Assembly: GCA_965235115.1 (NCBI GenBank)
Contig: OZ249453.1
Coordinates: 7,192,001-7,256,000, forward strand
From: Laetmonice hystrix
Taxonomy: Eukaryota
Length of the DNA stretch: 64,000 nt
Direction: 5' to 3'
Below, piece after piece: positions 12,830 through 23,991 of this stretch (within the stretch, counting starts at the first letter, position 1; every line of letters starts with the position of its first letter). A program made the position numbers and the translations under genes. The notes below the pieces were generated by a model. That model was not told the DNA's origin. It ran no database searches and saw only the letters and a list, made by a program, of their open reading frames with translations.

Positions 12830-14446
12830 GGGCAGAAGGAGAAATAGATGCAGTCATACACCACACACCCACTTTCGGTAAGGGGCACCTACCAAAACCT
12901 ACAGATATCCCAGACATTCCAGTGATGAGCTACTCGTCGGCTATCAAAGAAATAAAAATCTGACGGACATAATAGTGTCCATCAAACTCAGGTAAATTAC
13001 GTTCATCGGAACATTTTCACAAGCGCATCCGGGTAAACCTGATGCCAGTACATTGGGGCGGATTAATTCTGTCCACCGAATATGAATCATACACTTAACC
13101 ATAGAAACAAAAAACAAGCAAAACAAACCGGGACCAGTTATAAATGATGCTATTATCTCCCCGAACAGTGAGATATCAAAGGACCTGTTCTTGGACACCA
13201 CTAGGGTCATATATATTTAGTATCTACGACGATACATCGATATAAATGTAGAGAAATATCGATACAAAACGATACACCCATGAGTTGTCATGGGCGTAGC
13301 TACCACAGGGCCCATGAACGTATCCCTACGCTTTTGTTGTTTTTTGGTTTTACATACTTCTTTCATATATCGAGTTTGGCTGTAGGAATGGACGCTGGCG
13401 AAGCATTAAAAAGAGTCACATTTATAAATCTCTGAAGCCAATATCTAAGAGTATCATGACCGCACAATGATACTGCGACAGCAGGAGAATGCACTCAGAA
13501 TGTAAAAAAATGCACAATTCTTTCATTTTTTTCTGGGTGGGGGAGCACGCCCTGGCTCGGAGGTTGGCAGCTCCTGTGCTTGCTGCTATTTCATGGGGAT
13601 CCATGCTTTCCTAAACGCTAGCCACGCCCTTGGTGGCTAAAACATAAATCCACAGGAGCCTGGTTAAAATTTCATACAGATAGTTCCCACTCCCATTTGT
13701 TCGTACGTCAGTAGGCAGTAAAACACAAAGTAGAACAGAACAGTGTCTAACAATAGTCTGGCCCTGCGACACCATAATTTGCATATCAAATAGCTCCCAG
13801 GATATGCGCACGTGACTGCAATGTAGAGACTGCTCTAAACTCGCAATTTTGCGATTTAAAAAATATGACTAATTAGAACAAATTTTACGGACGCAAAATG
13901 TGTATTAAAATTAGGCTTTATTCTTTACGTTAGGCATTCAGTACTTGAAGACTATTAATTTCGCTGGAAACTTTGTTTCTATCTGAGCTAACGCTGGATC
14001 ATTCGGAACACCGAGCCCTTTACGATGTAGAGAGACACACACTAGCGAAGCGACCGGAAGTTGGGCTGAGGTTTTCCGAATGACGCTGGACATGTGTACA
14101 CGCCCTCTCTGTGGTTCTCGACCTGGAGGCGGTTATACGGGGGGGGGGGGGTCGGATAAATGAATTATATCACCACTGTTGGCACGTAGGCTGTGAGGCA
14201 CCGGTCTCCACGTTCGGTTGTAGACTGGGAACCGACGCTGTTGTAGACCTGGCAGTAGGAGGAGTCACAAACTGAGACATAAAGCGAGAATAAACTTGGA
14301 GAGGTGAGGGTGTAACTCGAGGATAAGTGTGACACGACTGTTCTAAAGGGATGTAGCGATACAACCCGTACCCCGTCAGTGGGCTCAATCTGCGGTAAGG
14401 TTCCAAATCAGTTGGCTTTCGATGGGTTATCGTGTGTCCGTGAGAC

Positions 14447-14760
14447 GCCCGTGACCTTGACACTTCCCCCGGGAGATGCCCGTGACCTTGACACTTCCCC
14501 GAGGGCTGCCGTGACTTTGCCCGTAAGAGGCGAAGGATCAAGGTCACAGGCAGCCCTCGGGGAAGTGTCAAGGTCACGGGCAGCCCTCGGGGAAGTGTCA
14601 AGGTCACGGGCATCTCTCGGGGGGAAGGGTCAAGGTCACGGCCAGCCTTCGGGGGAAGGGTCAAGGTCAAGGCCAGGCCTCGGGGAAGGGTCAAGGTCAC
14701 GGGCATCCCTCGGGGGAAGTGTCAAGGTCACAGGCAGCCCTCGGGGGGAAGGGTCAGGTT
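14447..14760. repeat. Foldback array of ~30-bp units (2 inverted and 7 direct copies)
   Basis: The reverse complement of 14447-14510 matches 14579-14641. Unit GGCAGCCCTCGGGGAAGTGTCAAGGTCACG. Confidence 0.9.
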
Positions 14761-16874
14761 ACGGGGAGAAAGTATTAGATGGTCCGGGGACCAGGAGTGT
14801 GGCGTAGGATGAAGTTTGGTGCCAGGAATATTTATAGATTTCCTAACATCAAATTTCATGGAGGTTTACCATGGGATTTACTTGTTTCCCATCATTGCAT
14901 GTGGCGCCCCCTAGGGAGAGAACGGAGTGTGCTTCTGAGCTGAATACACAGAACAATCTTTTCTCCATCAGGCGACGGTAAGCAAGAGGCACTCATAACC
15001 TCTGATACACGGCCAGGAAACCTATTGCTTTCCGTTTCATTCTGGGTTCGAGGCTTAAAAAGATTCCGAAGTGTTAAGTAGGGAGTCCTCAGGGGCCACT
15101 AATGTAGAAGAAAATCTGAACACGTAACCCGGTTTGACTACGAATACAAATAGATAGTATTCTGCTGGAATTCTCTATATCGTTGCTAGCAGGGGGAAAT
15201 GTAGTCAAGGGATAACGCTGTCTTAAAGTTTGTAGTTTTTATTCTATGTCTTCGTGTGGCTGTGCACTGGTTGGTTAGTGTGCAAGCCTTGAGAGGAAAG
15301 AATGAAAATCGCACACAGAATAGCAATAATCATCTGGCTTTAGTCAAATGAAAAGGAAGAAGTTCTTAAACTATCAAATCAATACGAATTCATCCACATC
15401 GCGACGGAATTTGGTCTGATAAAGACAGGAAGTACGAGGAAATTCAAAGGCCTTTAAATGTGAACATTGAGTTGGTTCTTGCGCTACTTCAACAACTCTA
15501 TTCACGGGAGGAACTATTTCAGGACGTAAGGAGATTTTCTGTGTAACAATATTATGCTGCAATTCAGTCATAGTAAAGCGGTCATTCCAGCGCCAACATA
15601 TTGTGCCCACACATCGGGCTATGCTATATTTAATTCGCTGATATTTTATAATGAAATGTTTTTGTCGCTTTCCTGGATAGACAGTGATTAGTATTGAAGA
15701 CATACCCGTCCCATCCCCTGACAAAATGGTTCAAAGGATTATCTGAAGAAGATTTAACAAGTTACAATTCGTGGAAACATGAAGGTTTCTCAGTGATTTG
15801 TTCAGCATGGTGGTTGGTTAATTAAATTCATATTGTCTGCACACCATCATCACAAAGACCGTGAACATGGACTTGACACATTATGTGAGGTATGTGATAT
15901 AACATTTTCTATACATTGAACATTCAGTGGTGTGCGTATTCAAGGGGTGGGAGAGCTGTTACATTTGATAAAATTCCATGAAAAGATTTTGTCCCTGTGA
16001 AGATCGCTCCCAGACTAAAAAAACTGCGCTTTTATCTTTTATATTTGAATATTTTTTCAGAACTTCTCCCTCAGATTACCCCTGGGTCTTTACCAAATCT
16101 GTCTTTGTTTATTGAAACGCACTGGAGTCTCTGCGATTTATCATGCAAGTACTGCAGCTCAGGTGAACGGCTTGCGTGAAGCCTCTCCTTAGATACTTCT
16201 GAAAAACAGAACTCTTCTCTCCGCACGGATAGAACATGATCTTTTAAAACGAAGGACACTGCCAAACTCACAAACCATGATCTGCCTGCATTAGCTGCAG
16301 ATATCATGGCCGTTTACGCCCATCGTATCTGACATTAGTGTCTAGTAAACAAAGCAAATAACGTATGATGTTATCTGGTCACAGAAACGCCAGCGGTCTG
16401 GAAACCGGATGTTGGTTCCATTTTGATCGGAACCTAGCGGAGCAAACCAGCGCCATCTTGTGCCACATATTGTCATCCTCGGCCTGTGCGCACGCGCGGA
16501 AGGACACGTCCGGATGTCCTGGGTGTCCTCGGTCCTGCTCCACTGTCTGGGATGTATCGTCATAAAGAGTTAGGCAACCAAACCTTACTGACCATTTCAT
16601 CATGGACACACACTTACTCAGTGTTTCCTATCGCGTAGTATTTGCAGTCGTCTTTTTTCGTTGTGAAACATTTTTTCGTTATGAAATCTCCGTTACACGC
16701 CCAAACCGTTAACAACGTCTTGTACTCTCCGTGGAACCAGAACTTTCTGTGTCGTACGTCAATATGTCTGAGCTGTTCTGACAACAGTCGGTGCAGCTGT
16801 TTAAACGCATACCACCTTCACCGGCAGCGCATGGGGATAGGAAGGCAAAACATGATACCATTGGAGAAACACTT

Positions 16875-17150
16875 TTTATGCAGTCAAACTCGGAGAACGG
16901 GAATGCTTTGCTGTAGGTTACATTTTATTCACATACATAGTAACCCGTTGATCACCCCATGCAATGGGGGACTCTACAAACATTATAATATGGTAAATGA
17001 TAAATCTATATAAGGTGTAACTGATATATGTAACAACATAACAATACTATAGTAATATAATACATAACCGATAATACATTATATGGAAATACATAGTCCA
17101 AAATACATAGATATAGGTATAGTAATGCCTTATTAGGTGGAGACAATGCC
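16875..17150 (-). repeat. Split direct repeat B2 (3' terminal, 276 bp)
   Basis: Identical by eye to 17614-17889 (offset 739). Confidence 0.95.
16924..16929 (-). terminator. Candidate polyadenylation signal AATAAA in repeat B
   Basis: TTTATT on the + strand, about 50 bp inside the element 3' end. It is also present in B1 at 17663-17668. Confidence 0.45.
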
Positions 17151-17312
17151 CACAACATCCAGGAACCCAAATACATCCCTATCCAACCAAACTGAGAAAA
17201 GAACTCGGGCAGCCATGCTGACCCCAAGCCAAACCCAGTAGGTCTACATAAAAACATAATTTAAACCAGGCAAAGGCGTTGAAACATGGAGGAGTCGGGG
17301 CGGAGGTGGGCC

Positions 17313-17616
17313 GTCTGATTTCCACGAAGCTTCCAAAGGTAGAGAACTCGACTCTTCTGCTCGGTTGTATTTATACCCTCCGGATCGTCTCCCAAGTCGC
17401 CTTCGTCATTTCCGACCCAGACCGCGCGAGAGGCGAGAACCAAGATGGTGGTTAACGGGAGTACAGCTATTGTTTACATTACCTCGACAATACATACTGA
17501 GCACACGACATGGGTCCTAGATACATATGTGCGAGTACCTATACTAATATACCTACGCAAACCCCTCGTTTCTCCTCCATAAATGATCCCGGCTCTTTGG
17601 CGCCGAGCTCGGATTT
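17313..17616 (-). repeat. Split direct repeat A2 (internal, 304 bp)
   Basis: Identical by eye to 22837-23140 (offset 5524). Shares TTT (17614-17616) with B1. Confidence 0.95.
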
Positions 17617-17889
17617 ATGCAGTCAAACTCGGAGAACGGGAATGCTTTGCTGTAGGTTACATTTTATTCACATACATAGTAACCCGTTGATCACCCCATG
17701 CAATGGGGGACTCTACAAACATTATAATATGGTAAATGATAAATCTATATAAGGTGTAACTGATATATGTAACAACATAACAATACTATAGTAATATAAT
17801 ACATAACCGATAATACATTATATGGAAATACATAGTCCAAAATACATAGATATAGGTATAGTAATGCCTTATTAGGTGGAGACAATGCC
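17614..17889 (-). repeat. Split direct repeat B1 (internal, 276 bp)
   Basis: Identical by eye to 16875-17150. Confidence 0.95.
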
Positions 17890-18649
17890 ACTAAGCGGAA
17901 TCGAAGATGAAGCTGGAGCCACCAAAGAAGGCAGGAGAAAAGACTCCTAACGCGACCCGCTGACACCGCCCCAGGAGCCAAATCTACGCATCACCGTCAG
18001 ACACAACTTGGAAATTAGGCACAGATCATCTCCTGGCCTAAACGAACGGATAGCGGAACCCATCATCATCCAGTCCGATTAGGGGCATCTGGTGTACCTG
18101 CAACAAGCATATCAAGGCTTTGAATCATAAGACATACGGAAGAAGACCTTAGATCCTTGGAGTCAACATCATAACGTCAGGTTAACAAGTTATAACACCC
18201 AGCTGCTTGACCAAACAGGAAGCACCCACCATTAAACTCCATTACACCATACTTACTTATCCTGGGAAATTGTGATAGACTGAGAAACTGGTGGAAAAAC
18301 GTGACGGTATCCCATTCTACCACCTGGGACCATACTATAAATATTTAATAATAAATAACCGAACCGGGCAACAATCCAAACTTCCTCGTCACTGAACCGG
18401 GCGACAAAGCTGCCTCGTCACTGCACCGGACAACATTCCAATTAAAGCTTACTTCATCCACCTCCTTCAACGCGTCGTCTATCTAGCCGCCCCCGAGCAC
18501 TTACCTACCACTTTGTACGGTACCAAACTAGTACCCACCAGACAGCTACAGAGCCCAACACTTAATGATACACGGATCGTAACGTAAGCATAAGGTAACG
18601 TAAAAAGGGAAGACTACTGGAATAACAAATACTGGAGGTGAAGGACGCG

Positions 18650-19735
18650 CAAACGTAGCAGGAACCATGAAAGTCGTAGTCAAAAACCGTGGAATCGGTT
18701 CACGCTTGGGAGTCCAACATACATCCAACATCGGATCTCTTGGGCCCGGGAGGTTTCCCAAAACTTAAAAAGATAACTGATCTCCGTATATACACATACA
18801 CATAATAACCACATAACCACATCACATACACATAATAACCACAGGATCACATGAACAAGTTAAATGCCTTGATATCCGAGACCAACCACAAACATGGGTT
18901 AAGCCTATACGCGGCAAGTATTCCACATACCTACAAGAAATACATTCCATAGAGATGGTAGCTAAAGGAACATCTAAACCAAAACAACCTCTGAACCATA
19001 CCGAACCTTGAATAATATAATTCGACACTCAGCCCTTCGAACAACATCACAGGTTCAAAACACGGGGAATTGACTTACCCACATCAGTAAACCTCCAAAG
19101 TCAACCGAAGACACATACTCAGCCAAACGTATCAGGAACCATGAAAGTCGTAGTCAAAAACCGTGGAAACGCTTCACGCTTGGGAGTACATCCACAACGG
19201 ACCTCTTGGGCCCGGGAGGTTTCCCAAAACTTAAAAAGATAACTGATCTCCGTATATACACACACATAATAACCACATAACCACATCACATACACATAAT
19301 AACCACAGAATCATATGAACAAGTTAAAGGCCTTGAAATCCGAGACCAACCACAAACATGGGTTAAGCCTATACACATAATAACCACATGAACCAGTTAA
19401 AGGCCTTGATATCCGAGACCAACCACAAACATGGGTTAAGCCTATACACATAATAACCACATGAACAAGTTAAAGGCCTTGATATCCGAGACCAACCACA
19501 AACATGGGTTAAGCCTCTACGCGGCAAGTATTCCACATACCTACAAGAAACACATTCCATAGAGATGGTAGCTAAAGGAACCTCTAAACTAAAACAACCT
19601 CTGAACCATACCGAACCTTGAATAATATAAATCAACACTCAGCCTTCGAACAACATCACAGGTTCAAAACACGGGGAATTGACCTTACCCACATCAGTAA
19701 ACCTCCAAAGTCTACCAAAGACACATACTCAGCCT
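18650..19735. repeat. Tandem duplication of a ~480-bp block inside the element; the second copy has extra ~70-bp subrepeats
   Basis: CAGGAACCATGAAAGTCGTAGTCAAAAACCGTGGAA occurs at about 18659 and about 19133. GGCCTTGATATCCGAGACCAACCACAAACATGGGTTAAGCC-like sequence occurs once in copy 1 and three times in copy 2. Confidence 0.9.
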
Positions 19736-20560
19736 TCCATCAGCTCTTATCAGTACAAATGAATGTGTAAATATAGAATACGTCCCACGACCCATGCACC
19801 AAAGCCATATGCTCAGCCTGTCGTCCACCTAAAATGGAAAATAACAAAAGACCGAAGAAACATCTGGCAGAGGAATAATAGTTACTGCCCTATGACAAAT
19901 ACAATCAACTCAATATCAAAAAATTGCATAAATTCCGCTTATACATTATGACAAATCAAATTAATCATCCAAAAATACGATAATACTTATTACCTTTATA
20001 GTTAACATTGAAATTATATAGTTAGACGAAATTACGATAAATATATAATATAATTATAGCCCTCAACACAAAGTAAAAACTAAATAGGCAACATTTAACT
20101 AAGGTGACAACCCTGACTAACATTGTTAATAATTTTATCGAAGATACCTAATATTACCAAATTAACAAAATAGTACATTGAAAATTTGACAAGATAATTT
20201 ACAAAGTTAATGAACAAGATATTTAAGTGCAGACGGTCCCACCATATAGCCCGAAGGCGAGGCAGATCCAAAAAGCGTAAACACATAGTACACTTCTAAA
20301 TACAGTAGAAGTGACCTGACTTACTAACAACCTACCGACCTAAAATGACTTCTTAAACAACTTTAAAACAAGAAAATAAAGATTCAGCCCTAATCCTCGA
20401 AAAAGGCAGAGCGGAGGGGACATCCCCTCGCATCCATATACATAGGTACCCATCGATCACCCATCATGGGGACTAGAAGTACAATGCACCAAAGGATGTG
20501 GCAGCCTGCGGAAACCAGGCACATCTGCCGTAAAACAACTTGTAATATAACGGGGATGAC

Positions 20561-21277
20561 GGAACCGAAGGGACCACACCGTCGACCCCAAGGTAATCCT
20601 ATCAAGGGAGGACAGAACCCCACGGAACACGACACCACCCCCCAACCAAGTTAACACAACCACAAGGGAAGGCGGAACCGAAGGGACCACACACCGTCAA
20701 CCCCACGGAACACGGCCCCATCCCCCATCCAAGTTAACACAACCACAAGGGAAGGCGGAACCGAAGGGACCACACACCGTCAACCCCACGGAACACGGCC
20801 CCATCCCCCAACCAAGTTAACACAACCACAAGGGAAGGCGGAACCGAAGGGACCACACACCGTCAACCCCACGGAACACGGCCCCATCCCCCAACCAAGT
20901 TAACACAACCACAAGGGAAAGCGGAACCGAAGGGACCATACACCGTCAACCCCACGGAACACGGCCCCATCCCCCAACCAAGTTAACACAACCACAAGGG
21001 AAAGCGGAACCGAAGGGACCACACACCGTCAACCCCACGGAACACGGCCCCATCCCCCAACCAAGTTAACACAACCACAAGGGAAGGCGGAACCGAAGGG
21101 ACCACACACCGTCAACCCCACGGAACACGGCCCCATCCCCCAACCAAGTTAACACAACCACAAGGGAAAGCGGAACCGAAGGGACCACACACCGTCAACC
21201 CCACGGAACACGGCCCCAACCCCCAACCAAGTTAACACAACCACAAGGGAAAGCGGAACCGAAGGGACCACACACCG
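20561..21277. repeat. 83-bp tandem array inside the element (~8.5 copies)
   Basis: GGAACCGAAGGG starts at 20674, 20757, 20840, 20923, 21006, 21089, 21172 and 21255. A diverged first unit starts at 20561. Confidence 0.97.
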
Positions 21278-22836
21278 TATGTTACACCACATTAAGCCCA
21301 CATCAGCAGAGCCCCGTTATTCGTAAACACAACACCCCCCCCCCCCCACCTCCAACACACACACACACCTCACTAACACGAGGAAGGGTGGGGTGGGGTG
21401 GGTCTACAAACTATTGGCAAAATACTTAAACGACAAAAACTTTCAGATGAGGTGGTAGCTAAATCTACACGCCTATTAATCAGGGGCAATTAGATTAAAT
21501 GATGTAAATCCTGAAACAGAGGGACAGGTAGTCTGCCTAGTAAGGTTCAGGGGACAACTAAACTCAAAAATACAAAATCAAATACTTACAAATGGATAGA
21601 CTCAAAACAAAGCAACCACAAGGAGTGAATACCAAACTACTACATAGAAAATAACATTGACGAAATCCCCCTACCATGCGACTGCATCAATGAACCACAC
21701 TGAACAGTGAGGGGCACCTGTCCAGATCCAGATATAATATCAGGGATAAGCCACTCGTTGGCTACAAGAGAAAGAAAATTATCAGCGACACTAAATTAGA
21801 GTCCAACAAGTCAGGTAAAATTACATTCATCAAACCATCTCCAAAGCTTATCAGGTTAAAGCTGGTGCCAATACATCCAGATTAATCTGTCCACCGTAAA
21901 TAAATACTTCTACCCGAATAACAGCACCACATACCGCTCGAATACCAGCGCAGCATACCCACATCCAAAAAGCACCCCAAGCAAACGGCAAGAAGCATTG
22001 CCGCCAAGCGATAAACACTGTATTTAACATAATCTAGGGAGGGCACTTCGAAAACCATACCAACTGTTGCAATTAGGAGCAGCAGTAAACGCCTATATAA
22101 GACGGGACTAGATAAATTAAAGAACACCCGGCGTGTCAAGTTACAGCAGTTCACTGGTCAAGTCCCAAACCACCGAAGGACACAACATAACTTCTACCAA
22201 CCTTCAACCCCACATAGTGAGGACTAGCGAAAAACACCAACTCCACGACAATGTAGGCCTACCTCACACTTTTACGAGCCTACCCCCACCATGATACACC
22301 ACGTGGCAGGACAAACCGTTGTAGGCCTATAAGCTCAACCTTGGTACCGAACGCTATTACCCTACTCAACACGGAGTAAACCACGGTAAAACAAAACTGA
22401 AATTATCGTACCCCCACTACCATTCTGGGACAAATACGTACACAAAATTACACAACATAGCACCGCCGACGTCGTCAGTCGCCCTCAATGTGTGGTGAAC
22501 TAAAATAACTACAAACTCGTAACACAAATTGTCTACCAGGAGCTTCAAGTAGGCTAGCCGAGCCCGAACCACAAAGGTCAGGTCGACCACGTGGAAGCGA
22601 CTGTGCGTGCTGCAACACTGCATGTGACTATTTCAGACACACATAAATACTGGGTACCGGTCTATAATACAGCCTCGAAAGACGAATAACTGGAACTGTT
22701 TTAGACATAACACCTGCATATAGGTGTCAAACACAAGGCAAATATAAGAAACAGTCGACAAACCACGTTCCACCGTATACTTGAAACGAAGTCCCAACCA
22801 TAGAACGAACTCACCCGATGTGTGGGGAACGAATCA

Positions 22837-23140
22837 GTCTGATTTCCACGAAGCTTCCAAAGGTAGAGAACTCGACTCTTCTGCTCGGTTGTATTTATAC
22901 CCTCCGGATCGTCTCCCAAGTCGCCTTCGTCATTTCCGACCCAGACCGCGCGAGAGGCGAGAACCAAGATGGTGGTTAACGGGAGTACAGCTATTGTTTA
23001 CATTACCTCGACAATACATACTGAGCACACGACATGGGTCCTAGATACATATGTGCGAGTACCTATACTAATATACCTACGCAAACCCCTCGTTTCTCCT
23101 CCATAAATGATCCCGGCTCTTTGGCGCCGAGCTCGGATTT
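22837..23140 (-). repeat. Split direct repeat A1 (5' terminal, 304 bp)
   Basis: Identical by eye to 17313-17616. Confidence 0.95.
22894..22899 (-). promoter_or_regulatory. Candidate TATA box (TATAAA) in repeat A
   Basis: GGTATAAATAC on the minus strand about 60 bp before the inner end of A1. The same motif is at 17370-17375. Confidence 0.4.
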
Positions 23141-23661
23141 TTCATGTCCAGCAGAACTTTCTCCGGCAGGTAAATGCCTGTTGGCAGGCTTTGATCCCAT
23201 CTTTCATTACAAAGACTAAAAATTGCACGATGGATTAGATGTAGATCTATTGACGATGTATGTATCAGTCCAGCCGATGATATTAAGTCGGTCTGGTTGC
23301 ATGGGGAAAGCCACCTGCCTGCGCCAAGTTCACTGACAAACTTTCATACAAACGGTACGGAGAAGTAAAATATTACCTAGGCCTACTTGGGCCTATACCA
23401 AAGTAAGCTGCGCTGCTGTCTCTATGACACACGTTTCGATGTGTGTATGCCTCTATGCCTGCTATTGCTGAAACTGACCGAAATAACCGAAGTGTTCCTA
23501 ATATTAGGAAGTTGTTGCAATCACGAGTGAACCCGCTATACGTGTTTCTACCATTACCCGAGGCACCATAAATATATTCAGTGGCGGAGAGGCAAGAGAA
23601 CCGTCAGTGACCGTGACTCTATTCCATCAGTATATCTCCATATATGGCATGACATTAACTC

Positions 23662-23991
23662 GGATAGCAATCAGACCTAAGACAGTGTCAGACCACGTTC
23701 GGACCATTCTACCTTTGGATAGCAATCAGACCTCAGGCAGTGTCAGACCACGTTCGGACCATTCTACCTTTGGATAGGAATCAGACCTAAGGTAGTGTCA
23801 GACCACGTTCGGACCATTCTACCTTTGGATAGCAATCAGACCTCAGGCAGTGTCAGACCACGTTCGGACCATTCTACCTTTGGATAGGAATCAGACCTAA
23901 GGCAGTGTCAGACCACGTTCGGACCATTCTACCTTTGGATAGCAATCAGACCTAAGGCAGTGTCAGACCACGTTCGGACCATTCTACCTTT
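23662..23991 (+). repeat. 55-bp tandem array, 6 copies
   Basis: GGATAG(C/G)AATCAGACCT(A/C)AGGCAGTGTCAGACCACGTTCGGACCATTCTACCTTT starts at 23662, 23717, 23772, 23827, 23882 and 23937. Confidence 0.97.

Larger units (their letters stand above)
16875..23140 (-). mobile_element. Non-autonomous split-direct-repeat retroelement (tyrosine-recombinase class; PAT/Ngaro/TOC1-like), 6266 bp
   Basis: B = 16875-17150 = 17614-17889 and A = 17313-17616 = 22837-23140. Minus-strand order is A1-internal-B1A2-spacer-B2. The internal junction GGA-TTT-ATGC equals the two termini joined, and both ends lie in T-runs. The ORF track shows no internal ORF above about 90 aa. Confidence 0.85.

Noticed and set aside
13289-13632. 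MITE with CATGGGCGTAGCTA / TAGCCACGCCCTTG ends
   Set aside because: The TIR is imperfect and there is no matching TSD.
17980-18060. Possible tyrosine-recombinase remnant (IRSFRPG...RRFGSW versus HSFRIG...LGRW)
   Set aside because: The catalytic His is absent, the spacing is off by one, and the frame is bounded by stops. This is compatible with chance; an HMM search (PF00589) would decide.
16875-23140. LTR retrotransposon or Penelope-like element
   Set aside because: The repeats are split (A...BA...B) rather than two full terminal LTRs. There are no TG..CA ends, no PBS/PPT, no conventional TSD and no RT/GIY-YIG ORF.
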